A stretch of 63,833 bases of DNA, filler included, from Trichomonas gallinae (lineage: Eukaryota), in NCBI GenBank assembly GCA_008369845.1. It is 7 parts of 7 records of this genome, joined end to end, with 100 filler letters (N's around TTAATTAATTAA, not from the genome) between each part and the next. Parts side by side here need not be neighbours in the genome. Positions count along the whole stretch, not along the records: positions 12,520 to 23,239 come from MRSU01000706.1; positions 23,340 to 38,116 come from MRSU01000709.1; 5 more parts are not named here. One strand, 5' to 3'. Positions 21,501 through 30,190 of this stretch are shown piece after piece. Positions within the stretch are counted from its first letter, which is position 1, and every line of letters starts with the position of its first letter. A model generated the notes under the pieces. That model did no database searches, had not been told where the DNA came from, and saw only the letters and a list, made by a program, of their open reading frames with translations. Both the position numbers and the translations under genes were made by a program.

Positions 21501-22626
21501 CAACGAAAGCGATTTTGTCATCCCCTGATGCTGCCCAAAGAGAATCGACCATTCTTGACCTTGTAGCTTCATCGGCCGTGGAAGCAATCTTCTCTAGGAA
21601 AGCCAAAGCTGCTGGTGGATATGTTTTCGATGTAGCCGCGATATCCCAAAAATCAGAATTTTTTCCTTTGGGAAGATTGTAGAAAAGAGGCGGCCAAGCA
21701 TCGAAAAATTTGCCTATGACACTTTGTAGTGAGTTTATTGAGATCTGCCAGAAGTCATTTAAGACTTTAACATCATATGCTCCAGCATCCCATAATTTAA
21801 GAAGGAATTGCGAAAAAGGAGCAGCGAGATCTTGATGCATTTCGAGCATCATATTTGGAACGATGCCTGCATTGTTTATCTCCTGAACTAAATCTTTTGA
21901 AAATGATTTATTTTGATTGAAACGCTGTAAAGCATCAAATTTCTTACTTAATATGCGCGATGTGGCGAATTTAAATGTAATTGTTTTCTCGAATTGCTGT
22001 AATCTCTTGTTATCACTCGAAGATAAAAGATCTTTAATTGCATCAATATCATATCGCAGTCTATTTTCGTCAATTTTGCGTAATTTTTCGTTGAAATGAT
22101 TCTCACAGAATGTGATTATTCTATTTAACGCTGCTGGACCAAATTCATTTTTAATTGAACGTGAAAGGTTGGATTTAGCATTCGCAAATATGCCAATTAT
22201 AATTTCAACTAAATCGTATGGAATTTCCTCACTGCTTGTGAATTTTTGGTTGATTAAAGTAAAAATACCAACTTCTGCATAGAAAAACGGCTTAATAAAG
22301 CGCATAATCTTGATATGCAGTGTTTTTATATCATCATACATCACCAATAATGTATTTTTCCAAACTTCATCAAAATTCTGGATTTTATCATATTTCTGTT
22401 TGAATTCCTTGAAGAATTTCTGGTTCTCAAGAGCAGTCAAATGATAAGCTAGTACGTGTTTCGCAAGAATTTTAGGAATAAAAGTTGGAAAATCTGTTGA
22501 GAAATCGTATGCTTTCTCAAGCGTTTCGCACGCATTCGTAGGTTTCTGTTTAAGTATTAAATCCACGCTCTCGTCGATCAGTTTTTCGATTTTCTCTTGT
22601 TCATTATCCGGTGAAGAATTTTCCAT
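15562..22626 (-). CDS. Large ubiquitin-specific protease (peptidase C19, USP9/24/34-like architecture)
   Basis: Cys box GLNNMGCTCYLNSSLQQ, QMDAQEF, LIIQLKRF, His box HSGSANGGHYYSYIR and CNDS, within long helical flanks; ATG at 22626. Confidence 0.9.
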   Translation of the reverse strand: MENSSPDNEQEKIEKLIDESVDLILKQKPTNACETLEKAYDFSTDFPTFIPKILAKHVLAYHLTALENQKFFKEFKQKYDKIQNFDEVWKNTLLVMYDDIKTLHIKIMRFIKPFFYAEVGIFTLINQKFTSSEEIPYDLVEIIIGIFANAKSNLSRSIKNEFGPAALNRIITFCENHFNEKLRKIDENRLRYDIDAIKDLLSSSDNKRLQQFEKTITFKFATSRILSKKFDALQRFNQNKSFSKDLVQEINNAGIVPNMMLEMHQDLAAPFSQFLLKLWDAGAYDVKVLNDFWQISINSLQSVIGKFFDAWPPLFYNLPKGKNSDFWDIAATSKTYPPAALAFLEKIASTADEATRSRMVDSLWAASGDDKIAFVGALTAYVQGSNAPVKKMMENCFKSISESKDVEFSLLLLQKIWTPKASDNIRRDFDVILEKTQIDPAKSTPFLSALVKIASALNDPFNDKEISEIERQLTPIYDNNYDDFKRFFKTIVPLQKSKIIPKNSVGGVIGWLSGLPKAEDNAFAVITFVFEIENGIEQGETISSLDLVGMNELWEFFFKSTSSVVAEYVVDLVIRCSKSDTVSTFVNNCLSKGFTKSTMHALCLLISKFEDSIDREALGIRRNMYFVSSSQTKKDENSKQYKKEELPSQVIKTPKNMKDLFKILDSNDPELAVAALNLLNFLETDPEEINLLRSDKVKWNNLLSMEKPYRLFYRLNTFGNILTENSKAFILKVFSTGGFRQFMEILQCGGRNLFKEDRFLKLFLTIVTQLIVRCYTVEDAMVLKNKVYKDVGVPQITANMIPWILELIEHKSVTVPGMLAVIRDIVQLEPNDLLGDSRLPELFSKLAFNSDENISKGFSAILMDFPTEKVENILISNINLSKNGNCANYYSVLEKVTSETKNIETLWKTLVDTLLNGVFIQSSKKLDLSHLKETDHNEDPSKEYKGDDEKILELRNLKRRKFSTEELEEGAKYTVSKVADASFIAGIYSCLLKLAGRFDNNQKIPKSKTLIDFSLTRIALNPYRFVAAPNYLFDLIILLLKKDKSMIDKTVKIIIKAIEMYDTTKEGPKYLSQLSLNPTVRGLNNMGCTCYLNSSLQQIFRLRHIRDELLKYEPSGNITEDWTAQLQLLFAKLLYFPMSAVDAVNFVKTFKIMKKAINPLEQMDAQEFIVSLFDNIDEVLQSKPVAAETTGELQHDTVSTMPDKPWKGTTYEKFTTLTFEVLGQNNYEDSFKILQKPDEFTGENGYRTEDIGMIDAERYHSISKPPNTLIIQLKRFEFDFSTLTKKKIYTEYKFPLTMDISPLLSKDLTNQNAVYELRGIIIHSGSANGGHYYSYIRNPDNTWIECNDSTIYDIQEDYAMSSSFGGVNKQQGKGQKPTEKMNSAYMLVYKLSGHSDDSKEEIEPLSLMPAVMLDTFIQENMMAIYRTVLFSDNFMNFVHGLISFNNLEADKMQHLFLDKACYSMSGERYINALTHSVCQRVNSSQEFARYCMKRALDIHLTVILESTNYNTRNTWANVISATVNSLKMESQPIIDNIYSKFVKVLDFWRNFDQLFYPLLSYAYNVGGADFMGLSEKLLKLLDKQFLEAFSSNLDNVLNEINVSTVFRILKHCIVSGNLQKKFEDAIISNEKFMNTWFSSPNSVFDFASLICVLMKDNKEQTQKYFDIVTKSKERISTISLASHIANALSFEDSLTMERVNFFFGLLGKKDYDETMLTQLFRLINNRIAANRGVAMQSLMSCREKWLDENLKSQDPRLRSTVSCLLKNLFVNPPIWKSREQNSSILYPPENVKSEPDEKEQKFLNEFLEFMINSVPPMDSFYKAASKNSDLTHGTAVQSQEFYDLLSWTVFSGNLFEKVNEHRDLFLNSAKVLMKYGDPVKMSIFDVLRFITIASKGNSDFFTPKFLEKLITTIDKIPEPGIDYVSQMTKDFFPALIPIATANYSIIVRSKIFLESLSICLGTKYGADANVQTLFEEIMKEEKAIEPLAKIFFAPYLFKYHFKEKTVRYFVLAKMLFIKGPAPVDVFFREKHYETVFSELDWIVSEMKKSHKPPTTFFPVVELLVAFNRAFSSFKPAKTLLSDPEDKLSNYYISMKDTFFFLSNEIQGSTATQKFADTVIDLYSSIFLNHKALYRAAASLFDCTAFSKLPRDSLALFAEFRGNLYLLLALEKVKESAQMVAKDFAEMSKLTLNVTVVGHYAKLVDQLLTRLGKDNKELALAATNFFNSYLISTQDSLAFHGVISRAALASAEICGRIGDASNWIASCLKLMMPVVEDIGAGDFTNMSLKIRQIVSAKTFINEAYTALKINDPKIPSISPAAPKAALKAIEGKSEDYTILKQALEYFCSIFTKKEE

Positions 22627-23087
22627 GATTAAAAAAAAATAAAGATCAAAATTTGACAATATTTAGATTTATCATTCTCATTGTTTTCCTAGCAGTTTTA
22701 AACGATTAAAATTTTTGGACAAGTCGTCACTTTTAATTGAATTTTTTCTAAAGTTTACAAAGTTTTAAAATTTTCTAAAAAATTAAAATTGTTTTCTAGT
22801 TTTTGTCTTTAAATTTTAATTACAGTCAAAATGCAATAAACAGATCAAGTGCATATATTGTTATCATGCGATATGACGTGTTATAAAAACAAAATTTAAA
22901 AATCCTATAAAAATTATTTTTGTTTTTTTTTTTTTTTTTGTTTTTGTCTGCAAATATTAATTTAAAACAAAAATAATAAGCAAACCAAGTAAATATATTG
23001 TTATCATGCGATATGACAATTAGAAAAGGAATGATTAAAAATCTTTTATTTTTTTATAAACATGCCGAAAAAGGGTAAAAGTTTAGA

Positions 23088-23239
23088 TAAAGGTAGTCCG
23101 GCAGATTTTTTAAAATTGTCAAAAATGGCCCCTGCTTATAAAACGTGTCAGGTTCGACCCTACAGTAGAGCCCAAGAAAACTCCACCGGGATTTTTTTGA
23201 TGGGAATCTAGCATTTTAATGGTCACTATGTGCTCATTC
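23088..23239 (+). mobile_element. One arm of a putative small TIR element (MITE-like)
   Basis: TAAAGGTAGTCCGGCAGA matches 50238-50255 at 17/18; the last 22 nt are the exact reverse complement of 50292-50313. Confidence 0.55.
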
Positions 23240-23339
23240 NNNNNNNNNNNNNNNNNNNNNNNNNNNNNNNNNNNNNNNNNNNNTTAATTAATTAANNNNN
23301 NNNNNNNNNNNNNNNNNNNNNNNNNNNNNNNNNNNNNNN
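23240..23339. other. Artificial contig linker
   Basis: 44N-TTAATTAATTAA-44N. Confidence 0.98.
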
Positions 23340-23511
23340 AAAACAACCGATATTTGACAATTTACACTTTACAATGACTGATTACATCTAATATTTGACA
23401 CTCGATACTTTACAATGACCGATAACAACCGATATTTGACATTTGACACTTTACAATGACCGATTACATCTAATATTTGACACTTGACACTTTACACTGA
23501 CTGATAACAAC
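23340..23511. repeat. 41-bp minisatellite with ABAB (82-bp) higher order, cut by gap
   Basis: Units start at 23340, 23381, 23422 and 23463, alternating ACAACCGATATTTGACA and ACATCTAATATTTGACA. Confidence 0.9.
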
Positions 23512-23549
23512 GCACTATTAAAAGGTGACATTTAGGGAAGCTTTTTTAA

Positions 23550-26500
23550 ATGGCAAAAGCACAGCATGTAAAAGAGCTTTCCAAAATGATTTTAAATGAG
23601 CCAAAAGACTTTAACATGGATAGTTTTATACACAACGACCTCGGAACTTATTTCGAATCGTTTTTAACGTATCTCAAAGTTCATCATCGTCCATATCAAG
23701 GCAAAATATTAAAGAAAACAAAATGCATGAGACCAGAAAAGATTATCAAAGCAATTACAAAAATTGTACCACATTTCAATCCATCAATTCTTGAAAACGT
23801 TTCTTTGGAAGTAATTGCAGGCTGCTTTGTTTACTTGCTTCATGCAGAAACACCCGAGGATATTCGTACTCCTTGTGTTCAACTTTATTTGAATATATTG
23901 ACAGCAATCAAGCCAGAATGGCACAATAGAATGGAATCTGCGAACACACTGATCATTCCCTTCAACAGATACGCAAGAAATTCCGAAGAAGTTAACGATT
24001 TCAAGAAATATTGCTCACGGCCTGATCAAGAAATTGTCGTTTTTGATAGAAGCAAAGGCACCCAAAAGGATTGCGAAAACAATCTGATTAAGACCTTCCA
24101 GTGGGTTAACGAAAATTGGGCTTACGGTCCTTCAAATATTTGCGATTTTCTTTTCAAATATATTCTATCAGTTATTTATCACTCCATTGCAGTCAAGGCC
24201 GGCTACAAAGATACACCATATGGATTTGAAGACCCAGTTCTCGAAAATTTCCATCAGCAAACTTTAATTTTCTTACAAAACTCAGTAGATATGGATTTAG
24301 ATCTTCAGCCATTATTCGAAAACAACACATACATGACAATGAGCTTGAATATTCTCGCAGTTACTGAACAATACAACACTGTCGAAAATGCATCAAGAAC
24401 ATTCCAAATTTACAACAAGATCATATCTACAGATCAGCTAGTTAATCACATGGTATCAATTAACAAGGATTTATTCTTTACTATTCCATATACTGCTGCG
24501 AATATTTCGAAGAAATATCTTGAGAAATCATGCCCAGATGGCGAAAGGAAAGAAGTTCTCGATAAAATACTGAAATTATTCATTTCTATTTACAATATGG
24601 TCTGCAAAGTCATGAAGGGCGAGGAAATTTACACATACTTCCATAAATACTTCGACAAATTCACTTCCATTCCAAGAGTCGCTTCATACTTGTACTCAGC
24701 ATTCGCACAGAGACTCATAAACAAGCGTCAGTCTGATTCTCGTCCATGGATATTTTTAATGGAGCTCGCACGCAAGCATGACATCTATGCTGCTATTTCT
24801 TGCAAGTATGCGCAAATGATGGGCTGCTTCCAGATCCCCAATTTGCTTGAATTCGAAATTGAGGATTCAATTACTGATGCTTCATCGTTTTACACTCATC
24901 GCTTCAAGGATCCTTCACCAGAAGTATACGATTTCTTCCTTAAACATGCAGAAGATATTATTGATCATCCAAATACTTTAGTTATCCAGCATTTGAAGTC
25001 AATGTGGGCACCGCTCGACTCATATGATGAAGTATTTGAGAATTTCCCATTGCCTTTGCCGCCAATTTCATCAATTTCAGATGAAGATTTTGTTATCTTA
25101 GCTACAAACTTCATTACGCCATTCGAAACATATGCCAAAGAAGATGCCACAAAGATCAAGCACAGATTATTCGGCCCAATTGCTTCTTTCTATGACACAA
25201 TTCAGTTATGCTCACATATTCCTCCAAACATTCAGTATGAAGCAGCAAATGTCTTCCCATACTCCAGAGTGCGCTTATTCACAGCATTGTTGCATGAAAA
25301 GGATCCACTTATCCTCCGAAGATCACTTGAAATTTTAATTGCAATAATTTCTCATCCAGATGTTGTCGACAAGCTTGATGCTGATTCATTGACAGCCTGG
25401 TACTTAGCAATAATGCTGTTAATGTCACGCAAAGAGAAAGAATTAAATGAAATTGCAATACGCGCTTACGAAAGATCAATTCGCTTTAGCGTCAAAGGCT
25501 CATCATCACTCCTTCAGTTCTTTATGGCCCTCCTTGAGATGAAAACTCTTCAAATTGATGAGTCAGTTATTGATATTCTTTCATCAGTTCCTCTTTACGC
25601 CGTTGATCAGCAAATCCCAGCCAACTTGGTCACAGACTTCAAATCTAGAGTGAATGCAAATCAAGATCTTTACGTTCAAAATATAACATCTGCAATAATT
25701 AAGCCAGGAAAGCAATTACAGCAGAGATTAATCCGTGTTGTCACTGATTTATTCGATCAGGCCAAGGAAAATGCAGATCTATGGGATTTATATCTCTGCC
25801 TTATTACACCAATTCTTTCTGATGAAATTACACAGCCCAAACCTAATGCCCTCACCATTGGCATGCTTTTATCAGCACTCGCCAATGCTCTTAAGGCTGA
25901 AAATGCAACTGCAATTGATGTAATCAGAGCACAGCTCATGGTTATCCCTAGGATCAGTGAGTGCGCGCATCTACAATTGCAACAGTTCATCGCTAGCCTC
26001 GTTGAATTTGCAACTGACGATAAATTTGTTGAAAATAATACAATTTGGGCTTGCGGATACTTAGAAATCATGTCTGTATTATTTATTTACAACTACGAAC
26101 TGATGAGACTCGATGCAAGCTATCCTAAGTTCATCAAACTGCTCAGCTCATTGGCTGCAGGCAATAAGAAAGAAATTGCGAAGTTTGCTGGAAGTTTAAT
26201 GAAGACAGTTTCTCTATTCTTCGGTGGCTTCCCATTCAACCACTCCATACTCTTCCCGACGAGCCCGTCTGAAGTTATAGACGTCGAGAACACAATCACA
26301 ACACGCTCTGGCGGTATCCTGCAGTTCTCGAAGGCCGAAGATAGCGATGACATCAGAGTTTTCGCGCAAACAGCCGTCGGAAGGTTTGAGTGGGACTTCA
26401 AGCCGATCTCCAGCGAGTTCTACGTTAAGAACAAAGAGGGCGACTCAGTGACAATGCCGCAGACTAAAAGCACGCCGACACAGAACTTCGCGATGCAGAC

Positions 26501-27536
26501 GAATCTCGAAAAATCTGTCGCTGACTTAATTTCTGGCTTTGAGGCAGATAGGGGCGAAATTCCATTATTCGATATTCAGCAGAAGTTCACAGACGAGTAC
26601 AAGGAATACGCGCAGAAATTCAATGCGGCGAAGTATGATGAGAAATACGAAGTCATTCGCCCGCCGACTGAAAACCAGAACAAGAAGGCGTCAATTGTCC
26701 ATGGCCTTGGTTTCCTTAGAGCATCTCACCTCCACGATGTCAAGGAGATTCCTGCTGAGCAGATGCAGATCTTCTTGCACAACTTGCAAAAAGCAAACCA
26801 CAGATTCCACGAAAAGTTCGCTGTTATTTCTATACAGCCGAATGCGAATGATGTTTTTACAATCGTGGGTACGCAGATCGAAGAGACGACGCCGCAGTTC
26901 CAGAACTTCGTCTCACAGCTGGGCTGGAACTTGTCTATAGAAGGCTACACTGGCCCTGATCAGCTGCAGATGGATGACGATAGAACAGGCAAGACTGTTT
27001 TCTTTTATGCTGATTTCGCGAGAGAAGCAACTTTTTATGTTATTCCGATGTTCGCAATTGATCTTTCCAATCAAGGACAGACATTCAGGAAGATGTACTT
27101 GAGCGAGAGCAATGTTGTCATCGTCTGGGTCACCCCTGGAGCCAAATTCGATCCAACTTCAGTCACAACAAAGAATAATTTGGTTTACATAGTGATCTAT
27201 GAGAGGACTGACATGCCGCTTTTCACTGTTGAATTGATCACGAGAATGAACTTCATGATCAACGGAAGGCACAACATTTCATTCATAGTCAGAAAGGAGC
27301 AACTACCAGATGTCATCAGAGCACACGCATTCAAGGCTCAGGATGAGTACGAAAGAACACTCAGCCACTGGAGGCATCCAATATCAAATATCACTGAAAC
27401 ACTCGCAGATGCTGTATCGAGCTTGCACCTCAAATCCCTTAAAGAATACAACTGCATCGCCGGTCTAATGTCGCTTGCTGGGTCTGGTGGAAACAAACTA
27501 TCTCGTGTTTCATCGTTTAGCTTCGGTAATCCATAA
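23550..27536 (+). CDS. Large helical protein with C-terminal Rap/RalGAP-like (tuberin-type) domain
   Basis: TAVGRFEW, HEKFAVISI, FQNFVSQLGW, FFYADFAREATFYV, VVIVW and NLVYIVIY follow the RapGAP domain order. Confidence 0.75.
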   Translation: MAKAQHVKELSKMILNEPKDFNMDSFIHNDLGTYFESFLTYLKVHHRPYQGKILKKTKCMRPEKIIKAITKIVPHFNPSILENVSLEVIAGCFVYLLHAETPEDIRTPCVQLYLNILTAIKPEWHNRMESANTLIIPFNRYARNSEEVNDFKKYCSRPDQEIVVFDRSKGTQKDCENNLIKTFQWVNENWAYGPSNICDFLFKYILSVIYHSIAVKAGYKDTPYGFEDPVLENFHQQTLIFLQNSVDMDLDLQPLFENNTYMTMSLNILAVTEQYNTVENASRTFQIYNKIISTDQLVNHMVSINKDLFFTIPYTAANISKKYLEKSCPDGERKEVLDKILKLFISIYNMVCKVMKGEEIYTYFHKYFDKFTSIPRVASYLYSAFAQRLINKRQSDSRPWIFLMELARKHDIYAAISCKYAQMMGCFQIPNLLEFEIEDSITDASSFYTHRFKDPSPEVYDFFLKHAEDIIDHPNTLVIQHLKSMWAPLDSYDEVFENFPLPLPPISSISDEDFVILATNFITPFETYAKEDATKIKHRLFGPIASFYDTIQLCSHIPPNIQYEAANVFPYSRVRLFTALLHEKDPLILRRSLEILIAIISHPDVVDKLDADSLTAWYLAIMLLMSRKEKELNEIAIRAYERSIRFSVKGSSSLLQFFMALLEMKTLQIDESVIDILSSVPLYAVDQQIPANLVTDFKSRVNANQDLYVQNITSAIIKPGKQLQQRLIRVVTDLFDQAKENADLWDLYLCLITPILSDEITQPKPNALTIGMLLSALANALKAENATAIDVIRAQLMVIPRISECAHLQLQQFIASLVEFATDDKFVENNTIWACGYLEIMSVLFIYNYELMRLDASYPKFIKLLSSLAAGNKKEIAKFAGSLMKTVSLFFGGFPFNHSILFPTSPSEVIDVENTITTRSGGILQFSKAEDSDDIRVFAQTAVGRFEWDFKPISSEFYVKNKEGDSVTMPQTKSTPTQNFAMQTNLEKSVADLISGFEADRGEIPLFDIQQKFTDEYKEYAQKFNAAKYDEKYEVIRPPTENQNKKASIVHGLGFLRASHLHDVKEIPAEQMQIFLHNLQKANHRFHEKFAVISIQPNANDVFTIVGTQIEETTPQFQNFVSQLGWNLSIEGYTGPDQLQMDDDRTGKTVFFYADFAREATFYVIPMFAIDLSNQGQTFRKMYLSESNVVIVWVTPGAKFDPTSVTTKNNLVYIVIYERTDMPLFTVELITRMNFMINGRHNISFIVRKEQLPDVIRAHAFKAQDEYERTLSHWRHPISNITETLADAVSSLHLKSLKEYNCIAGLMSLAGSGGNKLSRVSSFSFGNP

Positions 27537-27748
27537 ACATTTGGTTATATTTTTATCTTTATTACATAATTCTTTTTATTTTATTCTATGATGATAGAGA
27601 TTCACTGTTATTGAAGATTTCCTCAATTCAAATGCTCTCTATCTATATGTCAAGCTTTCTCACCATAGTTAGCTCTAAAAATGATATTTATGGATTTTTT
27701 AATAGGTTTTTGATATTTGTCACGTCATATTTATAGATTCTGTCATTT

Positions 27749-27929
27749 CTATTATCAAAAGAAGATCGTCCAGAAGTTATTCAACTCATTCTCGCAGTTC
27801 CTGGAATCGAGATCAACAATCAAGTTTAGCAAGAGAAATGAGCCAGACAAAGACTTTGTTTATGATTCAGATAAAGAACATCATGAAATTAGTAAACCCA
27901 GCGAAATATTCGGCATTAATCATTTTTAA
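27749..27929 (+). pseudogene. Ankyrin-repeat relic
   Basis: LLSKEDRPEVIQLILAVPGIEINNQV*, then in another frame HHEISKP..GIN. Confidence 0.5.
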
Positions 27930-28141
27930 CATTTTCAAAGCATGGAAATTTATGGCATAACTTAATCCAAAGAAATAACTCTTAGCAACATAATCAAAAT
28001 ATAAGCATATCATAGAAATACCCGAATACCGAATATATGATATATTATATGGTTTAGATCTTCAGAAATTTATTTAGAAATATGATTGTGTTTCATAAAG
28101 AGTAAATAAAATTTTATTTTAAATCCGTTACTTATAATTTC

Positions 28142-29056
28142 TTAGTCCTGGAGATACCTTTCAGCGAGGAGTGCAGCCTGGCAGCCTGTTCCAGCAGACG
28201 TGATAGCCTGGCGATATGTACGATCAGCGCAGTCGCCGCAAACGAAGACACCTGGAACCTTTGTGGCTGGAGAACCGTGTGTGACGAAGTATCCCTGAGC
28301 ATCTGTCTCAAGGAACTCCTTGAAGATTGCTGTGGCTGGGCGGTGTCCGATGCAGATGAAAACACCATCGCAGTTGATAACCTGCTCTTCATTTGTCTTG
28401 TTGTTCTTAACTCTGACACCTGTGACCTTGTTTTCACCTAAAACTTCCTGAACTTCTGAGTCCCAGACCATCTTGATTGTTGAGTCAGCAACACGCTTCC
28501 TCATTGGGAGGGAGGCACGAAGCTGGTCTCTGCGGTGGATCATGTGTACTGACTTGCAGATGTGATTTAAGAACAAAGCTTCTTCAGCGGCAGCATCGCC
28601 ACCACCAACGACAACGACATCTTTGCCCTTATATAATGGGCCATCGCAGGTGGCGCAGCCTGAAACACCTCGTCCCTTGAGTCTTTCTTCTGATTCGAGA
28701 CCAAGATACATAGCTGTGGCACCTGTAGCGATGATAACTGTCTTAGCATCATAAAGTGTGCCCATATCTGTTTCAATGCGCTTTGGATTGACATCGAAAT
28801 CAACCTTTGTAGCAACTTCGTATCTGAATTCAGCGCCAGCTTCTGTTGCCTGCTTCTCAATGTGCTCAACGAGGCCTGGACCAGTTCCCTTCCAGCCTGG
28901 GAAGTTCTCAAGCTCTGTTGTTGTTGTTAATTGGCCACCTGGCTGTTCGCCGTGAAGGACAACAGTCTTCAATCCAGCGCGTGCTGCATAGAGGGCGGCT
29001 GTGCCACCGCCTGGGCCACTGCCAATGATGACAAGATCGAACGCTTGTGCAGACAT
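28142..29056 (-). CDS. trxR: Thioredoxin reductase (low-MW type)
   Basis: IIGSGPGG FAD motif, GGQLTTTTELENFPG, redox-active CATCDG, VGGGDAA, HRRD, QAITSAGTGC. Confidence 0.97.
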   Translation of the reverse strand: MSAQAFDLVIIGSGPGGGTAALYAARAGLKTVVLHGEQPGGQLTTTTELENFPGWKGTGPGLVEHIEKQATEAGAEFRYEVATKVDFDVNPKRIETDMGTLYDAKTVIIATGATAMYLGLESEERLKGRGVSGCATCDGPLYKGKDVVVVGGGDAAAEEALFLNHICKSVHMIHRRDQLRASLPMRKRVADSTIKMVWDSEVQEVLGENKVTGVRVKNNKTNEEQVINCDGVFICIGHRPATAIFKEFLETDAQGYFVTHGSPATKVPGVFVCGDCADRTYRQAITSAGTGCQAALLAERYLQD

Positions 29057-29064
29057 CCTATATA

Positions 29065-29074
29065 AGTGATGTGA
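29065..29074 (-). promoter_or_regulatory. Tandem Inr (TCACATCACT) of trxR
   Basis: 8 nt upstream of the ATG; identical 10-mer upstream of GAPDH. Confidence 0.7.
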
Positions 29075-30190
29075 TTTTTTTTTCTATGTATCTGAAATTT
29101 TTTTTTGATCTCCTAAATATCTTTTATAGTTTTGTCCGGAAATGCTAGCTTTTCTGAACAAAACAAGAAAAGTTTAGTTCTCTTCATATTTTTAAAAATT
29201 CGATTTGGAAAACTCAAATTTTAACATTCTGGATTTGATATTTTGGATATATACACTATAAATATGCTATTATTAACACGATATCGTTTTCCTCAGAGTT
29301 CAAAATTTTTCAAAAATTTTACTCATATTTTGATTAAAATTATATTTTTAATATTATTGTCGTTTAACATTTTGAAAGGAAAACGTTTTTTGTTATCAAA
29401 ATATAACCTTAAACATTTTTGAATTCAATTTTTTTGTCATGTAAATTATTGTATCTCGAGACTTACAAGCTCAAAAATTTTTGATGATTTATCTGTTTAC
29501 AGAGTTAAAGAATGATTTAACTGAGCATTTTTGGAAAAATCTTCGATCAAATTTTATGGCGTTACATGTCAAAAAATAAAATATTCAGAAAAAACATATC
29601 AATTATCGTCTTATTATTCTAATTGGAGGAACAGATAATACATTCAATATAAATTCAGATTTTACATGTGATTTCGCAAAAAATGTAAATTTCGAATTTT
29701 TTCATTTTCAAAAAATGTGATTAAATGTTTGGAAATACTGCATTACAGTATAGAAGACATAGAAATTCAATATTGACTCGTGATAGACCCGAAAAACTAT
29801 TCTCAGCAAGAGTTATAAAGATTTTTATGATATATTAAATTCTTGTCATGTAAATTGATTTTTGATATCTAAATATTTACACAACAAAAATTGTTTTTTT
29901 AGAAAAAACACAATTTCTCCTAATAGTCATTGGATCCATCAGGAGTACTAGAAATTTGCTGTAGTTAAGTCAACCCTACATCCTTAAAACAAAAGTAGAA
30001 CACATTAAGACTATGTATATCGGTGTTTTGCAAATAATAAAGTAGATCTAAAGAATAATTCAATTTGTCAATTTTCAATGATCCCATTTTTGTCACGTAA
30101 AATTATTTACATGACAGAATTTGCGAAAATTCATATGACCAACATAGGAAAAATTTGATGTTGTTGATTCAGAAAAACAAAAATAAATAT

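Noticed and set aside
15716..22099. Many antisense ORFs within the USP gene (likewise within the coiled-coil and WD40 genes)
   Set aside because: S/F/L-rich shadows of sense-strand codon bias.
23340..23511. Regular repeat array resembling CRISPR
   Set aside because: Contiguous tandem units with no unique spacers, no cas genes, and a eukaryotic context.
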